From assembly GCA_038087875.1 (NCBI GenBank), contig CM075987.1, forward strand, positions 16,370,001 through 16,434,000: 64,000 bases of DNA. Direction: 5' to 3'. How positions within the stretch are numbered: position 1 is the stretch's first letter; the number at the start of each line of letters is the position of its first letter. The DNA comes from Malacoraja senta (lineage: Eukaryota). This document shows positions 1 through 15,816 of the stretch, in pieces. The notes under the pieces were generated by a model. It ran no database searches. It was not told the DNA's origin and worked only from the letters and a program-made list of their open reading frames with translations. A program made the position numbers and the translations under genes.

Positions 1-3000
1 TGGTTCTGCAAAGCTTTGTGGAATGGTAAACCATGTCAAAGGTGCTAGATAAATACATATTGTTGCTGAATATTCTCTAGCAAGAGAAGCAGTCTCTTTG
101 TATCTACAACAAGCAGAGTGCTGGAGGAACTCAGTGGGTCAGGCAGCCTCAGTGGAGGGAATGGGCAAGTTTCGAGTCAGGACCTTTCTTCTAAAGATGC
201 TGCCTGACCCGCTGAGTTCCTCCAGCACTCTGCGCTTTGCTCAAGATTCCAGCATCTGCAGTTCCTTGTGTCTCCAGTATCTACAATTATATTGGATCTT
301 ATTCATATTCGTTGTTCATCAAGACTCCTAAATTACACACGTCGCTACCTCTCAACTTTCCCCTTTAGCAAACATCAAAGCTGATATTTTAGAAGACGGA
401 AAGATAATCTCAGCAAAACATCCACAATTATTGCAGACCAAGGAAGGATAGACGCTGACAGACTTTTCCATGGCTGGAGAGATATGTGGAAGACTGGAAG
501 ACTGACGTGACACAGTGGCACAGCTAATAGAATTGTTGCCTCACAGTGCCAGAGACCTGGCTTCAATCCTGATCTCAGGCGCAGTTTGTGTGGAGTTTGC
601 ATGTTCTCCCTGTGCCTGCATGGGTTTCCTCCCACATCCCTTCTTTAGTCAGAGGGTGGTGAATCTGTGGAATTCTTTGCCACACAGAAGACTGTGGAGG
701 CAAAGTCAGTGGATAAAGGCAGAGATAAGTAGATTCTAGATTAGTACGGGTGTCAGAGGTTATCAGGAGAAGGCTGGAGAATGGGGTTAGGAGGGAGAGA
801 TGGATGAGCCATGATTGAATGGCAGAGTAGACTTGATGGGCCGAATGGCCTAATTCTGCTCCTATCACTCATGATCTTATGACCCCAAAGATAAGCAAAT
901 TAATAGGTTAATTGACCACCATATATTATCCCAGTATCGCACCAGAAAAGGTCATGTGGTAGAATCTGGGGTAGCTGATGAGAATAAAAAATGGAATTAG
1001 TGTAATGTGAATGGATCATTGATGGTCAGCACAGACTTACTGAGTTAAAGGGCCTGTTTCCGTGCTGTAAAAACTCCAAAAACTCACTTGTGTGAGGTTG
1101 CATAATCTCAATGAACAGTGAAATTAGTAAGGGGTTGTGGTCCATCCTTGCTCTTCTGGTTCGGAAACCATTCATTCATTCATGCATCATCGTTGAAAAC
1201 ATCAGCGACGCAGTGGTGCTGGTTTCCGACGGGAACGGTGACGGACGCATCGCACACCTGGTGGCTGGCTAATGTAAACCAGCACCACTGCGTTGCTAAA
1301 TCAAAGCTTCCAAAATACTGGCTTCTCATTTAACCTGAACAACCTTACCTTCTTCCCTACTCTGATGTAGCCCTACCCAAGGAACACGGGAGCTTCACCA
1401 AGTAAAGATGCCACACATGTCTCCTTATTCACTTGGCGTCAATGATGTTCTTGTGTTTGAGGAAACAACTCGTATAAGAAGTTCTCCCGGAATTACTCAA
1501 AGCGTTCAAAGGAAAGGTGGTGCTCAGAATGACAAAGGGTTTCAACAGAGGACAAGGGGGAGCACAAATAGATTGTTATGAGAAAAAAAACCACAGCAAC
1601 GATGAGGAAGAGGCTTTAAACATAAAAATGCAAGGCAGATGTGCTGGGGTAGGGATGGGGCGAAAGCAGATCGAATATCAACTCTCAAAAGGCTATGGGA
1701 ACGAAGGAAGTTTCGGTGTTGGGGGAATGGGAATGCCTTTGGGGTGGGACAAAGCAAAGAAGTGCTGGGGGAACTCAGCGGGTCTGGCAGCGTCTGTAGA
1801 AGGGATGAACAGAAGATGTTTTGGCTCAACTGATTGGCGTAGGAGGGGGGGGGATGAAGCTGATAAAGAGATATTGGGGGCTGGACAAAGCCTGGCAAGT
1901 GATAGGTGGATACAGGTGAAGAGCGTGTTGTTCGATTTCTTTCGTTCCACTCAAAAAAATGAAGAAGGTGATTATCAACTTGTCCTGGTGTCAGACTCCA
2001 AACAGAGGGTTAAAACAGGCAGAGGTGAACGATCTTCATTTTAACAGTTCTCCCAATCCCTTAGTTCTTATACTCAGCCTAATCATTCAGCTCCTAGACT
2101 GTGGAACAGCACCCCTTCCCATCAGAACTGCCCCCTCCATCGACTCCTTTAAGTCAAGACTAAAAACGTATCTATACTCCCAAGCCTTTCTTGACGTCCT
2201 CTGAGCGAGGGCTATATGTATATATGTATGTAGTTTGTTTGTTTATACTATTCTTATAACAAATGTAAAGCACTTTGGCCAACGAGAGCTGCTTTTAAAT
2301 GTGCTATATAAATAAATGTGACTTGACTTGATTAAATTTTCACCCATAACTTAATGCAAATTCAGTGCTCTTCAAAAAGGGAATCTTTGTGCCTTTGTTT
2401 CTCCAAAGCAATAAAGAGTAAGCTGATTTCAACAGAGTCATAGAGGTGAGGTGAGGGCAAGATGGTGGCAGGGAGTGGGGGTGGGAGAAAGTAGAGGCTT
2501 GTTGAAAACTGGGGTCTGGCCCCACTGTGCACACCGCAGCATGATTCCATTTGGGAGGACGGTGAGAATCATTGACCGTCTGACTGGGCGAATAAAGACC
2601 AGCCTTGCAAACCTTGCTGGAGTTCTCCAATGGTACGGAGTAGCTGACTGTTGAATACTTGTTTGTCTGATGCCCGTGCTCATCTCCCTTTGCTAACCAG
2701 GAGACCACCACACTTACAGGGGCAGCGACGAGCCATCTCAAGTCCAACGTTCGCATCAGCTGAGAACCAAGATTTTTCGAGGGATTCTCGAAACAGGCTT
2801 TTTGTCTCAGTAACTAAAAGTCTATCCCATCAGCGAGCCTGGTTTTTGAACCTGAATTCTGAAATAATTCAAGCGCCCATAGGCCTTCTCTCTCCCTCCA
2901 GTCTTTTCTCCCTCTTGATTTCAGTGCCTCATGATGGGCAAGGCATTCACTTCAAAGATTTTAGTCACGATCAGAACTCAAGCATGCTTCCACGGCCTAG

Positions 3001-3732
3001 CCTGTTCCCCCCGTCCAGGGTCAGGGCCTTGCAGAGTTGGTCGTTTCTAATTTGCGGCCTGATTTCGGCTTCTGCTGTCCCCACTTTTGTTCCCCTGCCT
3101 TGCTGCGGTCACATCATGAAAGGCACACCAACTCATTCCCAACTGATACAGGGGGGGGGGGGGGGGCATAAACAGCTGTTTACAGGTGCTTGGGCTTAGT
3201 GGCTGTAACATGGCGAGCTGGCATAACTCGGGGAAAATATTTGAGAACAATTGACAATCCTGTGAAGTAAATGAAGGTTTCTTAACATGTGTGTTGATAA
3301 CTTAGATTTGCACTTCTCAACATAATCTCTCTTTCAGTTTGCACCTTCCTCGGTGCTGAGGAACTCTACATTCCTTCCATCAAGTCCTAGATTCCCTTGG
3401 TTCCAACACTGATGGATGTCCTATCATCTACCTCAGCCAGTCCCTCCCTAAACCCATCTTTACGAACCCTGCCCTCCTTGTAAACCAAACCCATCCAAAT
3501 TTCCTCTGCTGGCTCGGTGTCAATTTTTGTACATCCACACTCCCCTCAAGTAATTTGGAAAGTTTTCTTGGGTCACAGATGCTATGAAATTATTAATGAA
3601 AAAGAAAGCAGTCAAAGGGACAGGTTAGGAAGCATTGAACTCATACAACCGCATCCCATGGTTGTTTCCAGCTCCATTTTAAAGCAGTCAGTATTAACGC
3701 TATCCTTTGTGTTAAAATGCCTGTTTGAAGGT

Positions 3733-3932
3733 NNNNNNNNNNNNNNNNNNNNNNNNNNNNNNNNNNNNNNNNNNNNNNNNNNNNNNNNNNNNNNNNNNNN
3801 NNNNNNNNNNNNNNNNNNNNNNNNNNNNNNNNNNNNNNNNNNNNNNNNNNNNNNNNNNNNNNNNNNNNNNNNNNNNNNNNNNNNNNNNNNNNNNNNNNNN
3901 NNNNNNNNNNNNNNNNNNNNNNNNNNNNNNNN
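3733..3932. other. Assembly gap (200 N)
   Basis: Run of N. Confidence 1.
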
Positions 3933-5479
3933 CCTGCCGAATTCCTCAGGCCACTCTGTTGACGTTGGGATGGATTGAAACAGATGAAAGACCAACCTGC
4001 TAACCTCTCAGTTGAAACGCTGTCTTCAACAAGTTAAATTTAAAACGATAAATTATTTCTTTATCAAACTGAATCTTCTCAGATTGAATATTCTTGTTTC
4101 ACAGGTGAGTTTTCTTCTTGGCAGTTGTAGCTTCCAGTCTGAATACTCGATACATCCAATTATAATTAATATACTGAGAGGTGCATGTTGGGCGTCCTAC
4201 TTTAAGCACCAGAGTTTCATGTAGCCACCCTCAGCTTCTTCCCCAGTGTTATCAAACTTCTGAACGGTCCTTCCATAAGCTAGGGTACAGTCGTGATTCT
4301 CCAACCTTACCTCAAAGCGGGCATTGGAACTGTAACACGGCAATGCTGAGAACTACACGTATATTCTGCACATTTTTCTCTTCGCTCTACCTGTTGTACC
4401 TGTATGCTTGGCTTGTATTTATGTATTGTGTTATCTGACTTGATTTGATAGAACACATACAAGAGCTTTTCACTGTACCTCAGTACACGTGACATTAATG
4501 AACCTAACCCAAATAGAAATCAAGTTGATGGAACCCATCGTTCAACATTGGTCAGAGACACAATAATGAAGCATTTGTAATATTAAGACCATTCAAATTG
4601 TATGTAGGCATTGAAATCCAATTCGAGAAGAGAGTTAGTTAAAAAAATTAAACAAACCATTTAAGATAAATGAGCTTCCTTTGATTCTCTTGATGACATT
4701 CCATTTAAAAGTAGCATCTGTCCACATTTTGTTAAAAAATGCAAGATATTATTTTCCAGTTTTGTACTAAACAGTGACGAAAATATCTCAGTAACTCCCT
4801 ATTCCTGCAGAAATATATCTTGTTTTGTAATCCCTGACTGCAGATTCTCCGAGCGACGGGCAGAGGTGAGATCACTTCAGCTTGATCTGCCAAGCATTTT
4901 AATTCAGGTTTCCATCAGCTGCGATCTCTGGCCTTGGCTGGATCACTCGCTTCGGTTTCTGTCTTGGGGGATAAAGCTTTGCCAACTGATTGATCTACCC
5001 CTTGTGAAAGTCCTACTCCCCTACTGTACTCGACAATGGAGAGCTGTTCTACCTTGGTCAGCCTGCCACTCTGATGTACGGTAAAAATCAACAAAAGGAA
5101 CGGAATTATTTTAATTTGGGAATATTTCCAAGCCTTGGCCTGGTGCTCTATTCTTGAGCTTGGAATGAAGGCTCCAAGACTGGTTTCCAATATTCATGAT
5201 GGGAAACTCACACTTGTAAATTTGAGAGACTTTATATAGAAAAGTCTTCTGCTCACAGGCAAGTCACAAGCAAACTCCAGGGCGCAGAATGTTTTGCCTG
5301 CCTTGACTGCAACGAGGTAAAGCAAAGAGAAAATTATTCTGTCAACTCTGTTCAAGGTCAAGCAATTGAGCTAATGTTCAGTTAGCAGACTGGGGGGATC
5401 ACATTGTGGTAGTGGGAGCAAAGTCAATAGATGGGAGGGCGGTCAAAATAGAGGCGAGAGGTATGTGTATGGTAGGAAA

Positions 5480-5760
5480 GAAAGATGGAGAGGGTAGGAA
5501 TGAAAGACAGAAGGAGGCAAAGAGATGGATGGGAGAGAGAGAGAATAGAGAGAGAGAGAATGGGAGAGAGTGAGAGTGAAAGAGAGAGAGAATAGAGAGA
5601 GAGGGAGAGACGGAGAGAGATAATGAAGAGAGAGAGAGATAATGGGAGAGTGAGAAAGAGAAAGAGAGAGAGAAAGAGATAGAGAAAGAGATAAAGAGAA
5701 AGAGAGAGAGAAAGAGAGGTAGCAGAGAGAGGGAAGAAGTGATAAAAGGAAGCAGAGAGG
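5480..5760 (+). repeat. GA-rich imperfect microsatellite
   Basis: Degenerate (AG)n tract. Confidence 0.9.
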
Positions 5761-6487
5761 CACTAGTGTGAATGGATGATCGATGGTCAGCATGGACTCA
5801 GTGGGCTGAAGGGCCTATTTCTATGCTGTATCTTTCAATCAAAAAGGTGTTGAAGGGCAAGGGGTCCAAAGCAGCAATTTCCCACAAAGACGCCCAGTCT
5901 TAACCCGGGGATCGGGGAAGAGTTTCTTCAGAATAGCATGCTAGATCCCACCTCGGAAAATAGAAGCTGCTGCCTGGATTTGAGCAGTTTACAACAGGAG
6001 GTGTTTTTAAAAGGATGAACTGCAGTAATCATTCAGTAGTCAAACTACCAAGGAAGTCATAAGAGCTTCTGGGAGCTGCAGATGCACGCACCGCTTGGCA
6101 AAAGTGATTTCTTCAGATTTTCTATTCAAATTTTTTTTTTAAAGTAATTTTTATTTTGAAGAAGATTATTTATGGAGCAGAATTCAGCCTCTAGGCTGTG
6201 GGCGGCTGTGGTGCTGAAGCTGATGAGGCAGAATTGCTGATCATTTCCGAAATGGCTGCCTGCCTGCAGGGACTTTTTCAATTCAGTGCATCATCTCAAG
6301 TGGAATGGGTATGTAAGGTAGCTGGGTACCCATCGGTGAGGGCATCCTCACAACACACTCCGTTTTACTCAAAATACAATGCATTAAATTAGAATTGCTT
6401 TTGCATTCTCATAAGGACGTCATTATTCTGTCACACCTCCATGTTACACCTTAAAAGGTCTCCCCTGTCAATTGTAGCTTCACATTT

Positions 6488-6506
6488 TTGCCACTAGATG
6501 GAGCAT
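6488..6506 (+). promoter_or_regulatory. Putative CTCF binding motif
   Basis: TGCCACTAGATGGAGCA is close to the CTCF core CCASYAGRKGGCRS (one mismatch) and lies in non-repetitive intron 9 sequence. Confidence 0.45.
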
Positions 6507-7278
6507 CAAGCTCTAGCTGCCGCAGTTGCCCAGAGAGAGAGGCCACTCGGTCCATCTAGTCTTACAACTTCATCTGAACCTACATTGCCTGATACACGAG
6601 TCCATCAGGAAAAGAATATTTTGATCTTTCAGGTAAGTCTAAAATACGAGGTAAAGCACCTTTAATTGCACTTGGACAGCTCAATTTGCAAAGGTATGTA
6701 CAGCAAATTATCCTCTTTTAAGTAATATCCCCCCCCCCAACCCCTTTCTCTCTCCTGTGCATCCCCATCCCAGTGCAAACCCATTTCTTTCAATATCCCT
6801 CCCCAGTCGCCCTGCTCCTTTCCCCTCCTTAGTGCACTCCAGGTCATCGTTCAATTCAGGGGCTTTGTGATGTCCCCACATGGAGTAAATCCAAGTCTAG
6901 TCATCTTATAAGGTCATCTGATGAACAATTCTCCAATAAATAGGTACTGGAAAAATAAATGAAATTGGAGAGGAATCAATAGAAGATTTCCTCCGTCATT
7001 CTCATCTACAGCAGTGGAAGACAATTAGGAAGGTGAATCCATCACAATGGGACATGGTTAGGAAGAGTCCACAGTACTGGTACCAAACCAGGAATTTCAA
7101 CAAAAGACCTGGACCCTTTTAATCCTCAGTCAACGAACATAGTCAATCTAATGCTAGACTAAGAAGAGATCCAAGATCAATATCCCTTTCCCCCTTGTTC
7201 CGGGGATAGGCACCTTGGCTAAAGAGTGATACAAATAAATAATCGGACATGGTTAAAAGTTAATAGACGACAGTCTCA

Positions 7279-7368
<90 letters not shown>

Positions 7369-8189
7369 TCACAAAGAATAGCACAGATGCGTTTAACAGA
7401 CCAGCCCATACAACGGACAACATCCCTCTCCAACCAGAGCTGCAATCTTACCCTTTGGCCTTGAACCAGGTGACAGTCAGGGAGAGAGCAGCTCAGAATC
7501 CCTAAGAATTGTACTCATTCACCAACACCCACTTCTAGAGCAGAGCTGTTCCCAGATATGGATAGCCGTCCCTTCCTTCTGCACACTTGGGCAGTGGGAG
7601 AAAAAGGTCGAGCAATGCTTTTGTTAAAGCATTGTGTTTATTGAAGGGGCAAGAGTAGAGATACTGGCGACTGTGACACCACTAGATCAAGCGTAATTAG
7701 AGTCATTGAACCAAAAATATAATCATGGGTTATAAGTACCAAATGAGTAGAATTCATTTTAGGCCACCCTGTTATAGGAAAGATGCCATTCAGCTAGAAA
7801 GAGTACAGAGACAATTTACAGGTATGTTGGCTGAGCTGTAGGGATGAGTTGAAAAGGCTTTGCCTTTTCTGTCTGAGATGGGTCCCAACCTGAAATGTCA
7901 CCTATCCATTCCCTTCTCAGATGTCGTCTAATCCAGAGATCCTCTCGCACTTTGTATTTTGCTTAAGATTTCAGCCTCTACAGTTACCTTGTGTCTCCCA
8001 GGACTTTATTTCTAGGAGGCTGAGGAGTGATTTGTATCGAGTGCATAAAATCATGAGGGGAATAAATAAAGTCAATGCAGAATCTTTTTCCCCCCATTGT
8101 GGGAGAATCGAGAACCAGAAGCCATAGTTTTAAGGTGAGAGGGGAAAGAAAAAATAGGAACCCGATGGGCAATTTTTTTCCACACGGGG

Positions 8190-8430
8190 TTAACTCAGCG
8201 GGTCAGGCAGCATCTCTGGGGAACATGGATAGGTGACGTTTTGGGTTGAGACCCTTCTTCAGTCTCCAGTCTGAAGGGCCTTCTCCAGTCTGACGAAGGG
8301 TCTTGAGCCAAAACGTCAGTCTGAAGAAGGGTCTCGACCCGAAATGTCACCCGTCCAGAGATGTGGCCTGACCTGCTGAGTTACTCGAGCACTTTGTGTA
8401 TTAACTAGCACCTGCAGTTCCTTGTTTCGA
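8190..8430. mobile_element. Foldback Penelope-type element with three hammerhead-like motifs
   Basis: Inverted arms (aactcagcgggtcaggcagcatc / gcctgacctgctgagttac) surround motifs at 8235-8262 (-), 8290-8317 (+) and 8321-8348 (+). Confidence 0.7.
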
Positions 8431-9160
8431 GCTTAGATGGAGCATCATAGTTGCATTGGGCTGACCGGCCTGTTTCTGTGCTGTGTCACTTGATGGCCAG
8501 ATAGCCGATTGGTTATGTAGTCCATAATGAGCTGGAGAAACCTGATACCGATGTTTGCTCCCAGTCTCCAAAGGACAGTGATGATTGGAAAGCAGCCCGA
8601 GAGATGGTAGTTAATAATGCAGACACAACGAGATCAATAATGGACTCAAATATAGCTGAGTTCAACCAGACGTTGACCCGCATGGATCCATGGTAGATGG
8701 TCTTCAGAGGTGAGAGTGCTGGATGATTTATGATGAGCGGAAACATATTGATTTCTATGCATCTGTCACTGGTGAGAATGTAGTTCGCGGGTAAAGAATT
8801 ATAGGAAAATGTCCACCAATTACTTGGTCATACAGCACGGAAAAGGGCCCTTCTGCCCAACTTGTCCTTGCCGACCAAGGTGCCCCATTTAAGCTAGTCC
8901 CACTTGCCTGTGGTTGACCCATCTCCCTCCAAACCTGTCCTACCCATGTACCCGTCCAAGGACCAGTACTCTCAGAGGTAGCCGTGGAGTTGTATGACCG
9001 GGACACACTGTCCCCACACTAACTTTATCTGATGTCTCAGAGTCATAGAATAATACAGCACGGAAACAAGCCCTTCGGACCGACTCATCCATGCTGACCA
9101 GGGTTTATGGCGGGTCGTCTGTGGAGGGAATGGACAGATGACATCTCGGGTCGAGACCCT

Positions 9161-9716
<556 letters not shown>

Positions 9717-11377
9717 TTATGTAATACAGTAAAACAGGAGGCCATTATCTGTCTTTAGATCCTTGCTCTGCTCCAATTACAGCCTTTGAAACGTTTGGCT
9801 AATTGAATGATTGAAAGACATAGCATGGAAACAATCCCTTTGGCCTACCGAGTCCACATTCACCATCGATCATCCGTTCTACCTTATCCCATTTTTGCAT
9901 CCACTCCCTGCACAATAGTGTCAATTTACAGAGGCCAATTGACCTACAAACCCACACGCCTTTGGATCGTGGGAAGCCCACACGGTCACAGGGAGAACAT
10001 GTAAAGTCCACATAGACAACACCCAAGGTCAGGAGTGAACTCTGGTCTCTGGCGCTGCGAGGCAGCAACTCTATCAGCTGCACCACCCTGCCACCCAGAA
10101 TGACAAAGGGAGAACGCTTGCATCAATCCCGCTAACTCTTGCCCGTTATCTGAGTGCTCCATCACTTGAGCCAATTCATCAGCACTTTCTGAGGATTTAT
10201 TGATTACGCCTATGAAGGTGAGGGGTTCTACAGTCTTGTGAGAGGCCTAGATGCATGAGGAGATGCTTGTCCATTTCCCTCAGAAGAAGCCCAGTTCTAA
10301 TCCTTTAAGACCACTTGCCCTTGTTCTTGATTAACACCATAGGAGGAAATACCTTCATCACAATCACCTTTTTGAATCGGCTAACAAATCAAACGCCTCG
10401 ATCGGACCGACCTTCAGTCCCTGACCGTTACAAGAGTTGATGCATAGCAATTGTGGGCAAAGCTGCCTCTTCGAAGCAGGAACCTAGCCTTCCCAGACCT
10501 ATAATTGTGCAGAAACTCTTGCCATGTTGGTAATGTCAAAGACTAGAGGCCACAGCGTTAAGGTCTGAGGGGGGAATTTCAAAGTAGTCATGAAAGTAGT
10601 CATGGGGGCAGATACAACAGGGGCATTTAAAAGGCTTTTAGACACGCACATGGGTGTGCAGGGAATGGAGAGATATGGATGATGTGCAGACTGGAGGGAT
10701 TAGTTTAGTTTGGCATCATGTTCGTCATGGATATCGTGCGCTGAAGGGCCTGTTGCTGTGCTGTTCTATGTTCACAAAGCAACTTGCCCTTGGACCATGC
10801 CATTAATGCAGGAAAATATTCCCTGAGATTGACAGAGCTGTAATGACGTCAGGAAACCATTGAGCTGAATAAAGGTCTATAAACAGGCTATTGGCGTGTT
10901 GAGTCTTTAAGCTGCGGTGTAAACAGAAGACCTGCCAAGATGTTCCATTGTTGAGAAGCTGAGACGAACCAAACGACTCTTCCGAACTGTAGAGTCACAA
11001 AGTGACCGTACACAGATGCAGAAGAGCGTGCTGTGGTTAACATACAGTACATGAGGCATATGAGAAAATGCTGGGAAAGGAAAATAAAAGATTCTTTAGT
11101 GAAGTAAGTTTAAAGACACAGTTCGAGGAAGAGGAGAGATGGAAAGCTCCAGGACTGAGAATCTAATGAAAAGCCCATCCTTGATCAACCTGAAAGTGTG
11201 CCTGATGTACGAGATCAGAGTCAGAGGGTCGCAGAGTTTCTGTTGGGTTGGATGGCTGAATAGGGATTGGTGGGATCATGGAAGGATTTGAGCACGGGGT
11301 TGTCCAAAGACGAATAAGGATGAAGTAGAGGTTGGGAGAGTGGATCCTTGATGCTGGCATTGCGAGCGCGGTACTTA

Positions 11378-12190
<813 letters not shown>

Positions 12191-12938
12191 CTCTGTGCTA
12201 AAGTCACAGGAAACCCGGTCTGATCCATATTTAACTAACATGGAGGCACAAGAGACTGCAGGTGTTGAGCAAAACACAAAGTGCTGGAGGAACTCAGCAG
12301 GGTCAGGCAGCACCCGTGGACGGATTGTGTACGGGGCCGAGAATCCTCTTCAGACAGCCAGAAGGGTCACAGTCCGAAGCATCCCGTGACCTTTCGCTCC
12401 CCAAATGCTGCCTGACCCGCTGAGCAACTCCAGCACTTCTGTTTTGCCCATGTCGCTAAGTTAGCCTTTACTTTTGCCAAGTCTGGCCATCTCTTGAAGT
12501 TTCCCTAGCACCACAAATACTTTCAGAATTTACACATCAAATCGGTCAACAGAAAACAAACTTTCATCATTCTTTTTTTTTTTTATCCCCCAGTGTCACA
12601 GGATGTACGGAAACTTAATTATTTATTTTATGTAAAGCACTTTGGTTTCAACGCGAGTTGATTTCAACGTGCTATATAAATAAAATTTACTTCACTTGAC
12701 AGTGTCGCTTGCACCAGGAACACTCATTCCCTGACACTCCTGTGAGAGTAAAGACGCAAGTGTTTAATTGGCCTCATGTAACAACAATGGAACAGTGAAG
12801 TTCTTACCTGCAGTAGCATAACAGGCTTGGACCACAGTGCACATAGATAGTATATTATTAACAACATTCAATTAATTAATAGTCCCAATGCTAGTGCAAG
12901 AAGCAAGACTCTGGAGAGTTGTCAGATCCTCTGCTTTA

Positions 12939-13184
<246 letters not shown>

Positions 13185-14768
13185 TCAGGGCCACAGACAC
13201 ACGGTGCAGGAGAGAGCAGCCGCAATTTCCCTCGCGGTGGACTCCCTGCCTCAGAGCGTGGAGGATCCCGGGTGGAATCCGATTCCAGCAACAGCAAACC
13301 GTGGACTCTGGCTCGGGACTTTAGGCTTGACATCTGGTGGGAATCTGAGACCAGCACCACATTGTGAGACCCTGAAACCCTTCCTGGAGTACAAGAGCAA
13401 CCACTCTAGCCGACAGCATTAAGATGGATACCTCCTGGAAGTGATCACACAACAGCTTTGGACTGTTCTCCAGTCGCTGCAGGACACAAACACAGAAGCG
13501 AGGGGCTTCCTTTCCTCTTGGACTTTGAGACAATTCTGGGTCACAGCCAGGGGAGAGGGAACAGGGACGACCGTGGAATCCCAGCCCATGAGCTCCACAA
13601 ACTCACTAAACACGGTGATGGAAGATGGGATTTAACACTCGTATTTCGCTCCTCTCTCTGGAGAGGTGACCAGGACTGAGATGGGAGTCTTTCATTACAG
13701 GATAAGGACAATGGTCGCTGTGGGATCCATCCTGGTTCTGAGGGTTATTGTTCAGGTAAAATCCGTGCTGTCGACATACAAGCTCCTCCCATTCCCATCT
13801 TCCCATCGTCTTCATCTGTTGCCTTATGATGCTATTCCTCCTCGGTTCCCCGTTTCCATTCCAGCCCCTGTGCTCAAGGAAAGTTGCCCCAACCCTGCCC
13901 TACGATTGCGTGCGGGAACCCAGGGTGAAGTATCCCCAGGCAAGGAGCTGAGGTAAAGGGCCTCGTAGGTAGGGTGGTCCAAGCCTTTTCCACCCCCTCC
14001 TCCCAAACTCACAGGTGGTAATAACTAGACAAGAGGACGTTGCTCTAAGGTGGAAGAGGCAACATTTAACGGGGACGTGTGGGACAAGTTTTTTTTGTAA
14101 ACCTACAGAGAGCGGTTGGTGCCTGGAACATTGTGCTGATGTTGGATGGAGGCAGATACGATAGTGGCGTTTAAGAGGCTTTTGAAAGCCGCATGGACAA
14201 GCAGGGAACGGAAGACTATGGATCGTGTGCAGGCAGAGGAGATTAGTTTGGCTTGCTCAACATGGTGTCATGTTCAGCACGGGCATTGTGGGCCGAAGGG
14301 CCTGTTCGTGGTGCTGCACTGTTGTGTGTTCTGGGCTTCACCCCAGCCAGCTAACACCAACCCAGCCTCTTGGGTCTCCATTTCCCGCAGTGCTCCCAGC
14401 TGACAGCTAACAATTAGAGACCAGAGCATTGCCCGAGTCAGACATTCAAGCCTTGTTCCAGGGAATAGAGCAAAACAAATGTGTCTGCCGTAGTGCTGCA
14501 GCAACAAGAGAGCAGCACTGATGTACATGCTGCCTTTGGACGAGATGCTCGACCAAAGCCTAGTGTGCTATTTCCCGATGATGTACAATATCACCCGAAA
14601 CCGGAAGGTTATCCCTGCAAGGGACGTCACAGTGTTGCAGCTGCCGCCTCACAACACCAGAGACCCGGGATCGATCCTGACCTTGGGTATTGCCCATGTG
14701 GAGTTTGCACGCTCTCCCTGTGGCCACCTGGGTTTCTTCCGGGTGCTCCGGTTTCTTCGCACAAATCA

Positions 14769-14945
<177 letters not shown>

Positions 14946-15061
14946 TCAGTCAAAAAGCCACAGGTCCAGGCCTGTCACGTGGGACTGCTCGGCCAGACCC
15001 TGCACAGCGGGGCTGTGGAAAATATCCCCACCCGCTCACTGGACGCAAAACCCTTCCCTCT

Positions 15062-15645
15062 TCGATAAGAGTCAGGAAGTCATGTTGCAGATTTATAAGA
15101 CTTTGGTTGGGCCACATTTGGAGTCCTGCAGACAATTCTGATCACCCCATTACTGGAAGGATGCACGAGTTTTGGAAAGGGTGCAGAAGAGAATAACCCA
15201 AATGATGCCGGGATTAAGGCGGTATTAGTTATAAACTGAATTCGGACAAACTTGGATTGTTTTCTCTGGAATGCCGGAAGTTGCGGGGAGACCTAATAGA
15301 GGTATGAGAAATTATGAGAGGCAGACAGTAGATATGGTAGACAGTCAGAACATTTTTCCTCAAAATGCCAAAGACTAGAGGACATAGCTTTAAGGTGAGA
15401 TGGGTAAAGTTTCAAGGAGATGTGCAAGGATTTATTTTTATATACCGGTGGGTGCCGGGAACAAACTGTCAGGGGTGTGGTGGAGGCAGATATGATAGTG
15501 GCGTTTAAGAGGCTTTTAGATAGTCATATGGCTATGCAGAGAATAGATCGTGTGCAGGCAGAGGAGATTAGTTTAATACGGCATCATGTTTGGAACAGAC
15601 ATTGTGGGCCGAAGGGCCTGTTCCTATGCTGTACTGTTCCATGTT
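15062..15645 (+). mobile_element. Degenerate CR1 3' fragment
   Basis: KTLVGPHLESC remnant and a 3' tail ending gggccgaagggcctgttcc. Confidence 0.8.
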
Positions 15646-15816
15646 ATCCCCTGCACCATTGCAGGACAGTGAGTTGGAAGGCCAGGGAATGGCAAGAGGA
15701 ATTATCAGAGAGATAATGACTGAGACCTTGCAGCAACACTATGAGGCAGCACCTGGGGCCATGATAACCACCAACTTCTCAATGGCAAGGGGCTAAACCA
15801 AGATGCTGGTGCATAC

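Noticed and set aside
1341..1375. Minus-strand AAGAAG|gtaagg donor resembling the end of exon 10a
   Set aside because: The upstream frame has a stop, there is no TGLFTPD similarity, and the phase is incompatible with exon 9.
3517..4003. ORFs spanning N runs (also 39286-39777)
   Set aside because: These are artefacts of assembly gaps.
5443..5793. Low-complexity SL/ER-repeat ORFs here and at 22484-22817
   Set aside because: These are translations of GA microsatellites.
8505..8696. Protein-like plus-strand open frame (...HNELEKPDTDVCSQSPKDSDDWKAARE...)
   Set aside because: Short, bounded by stops, with no convincing splice sites or recognisable homology.
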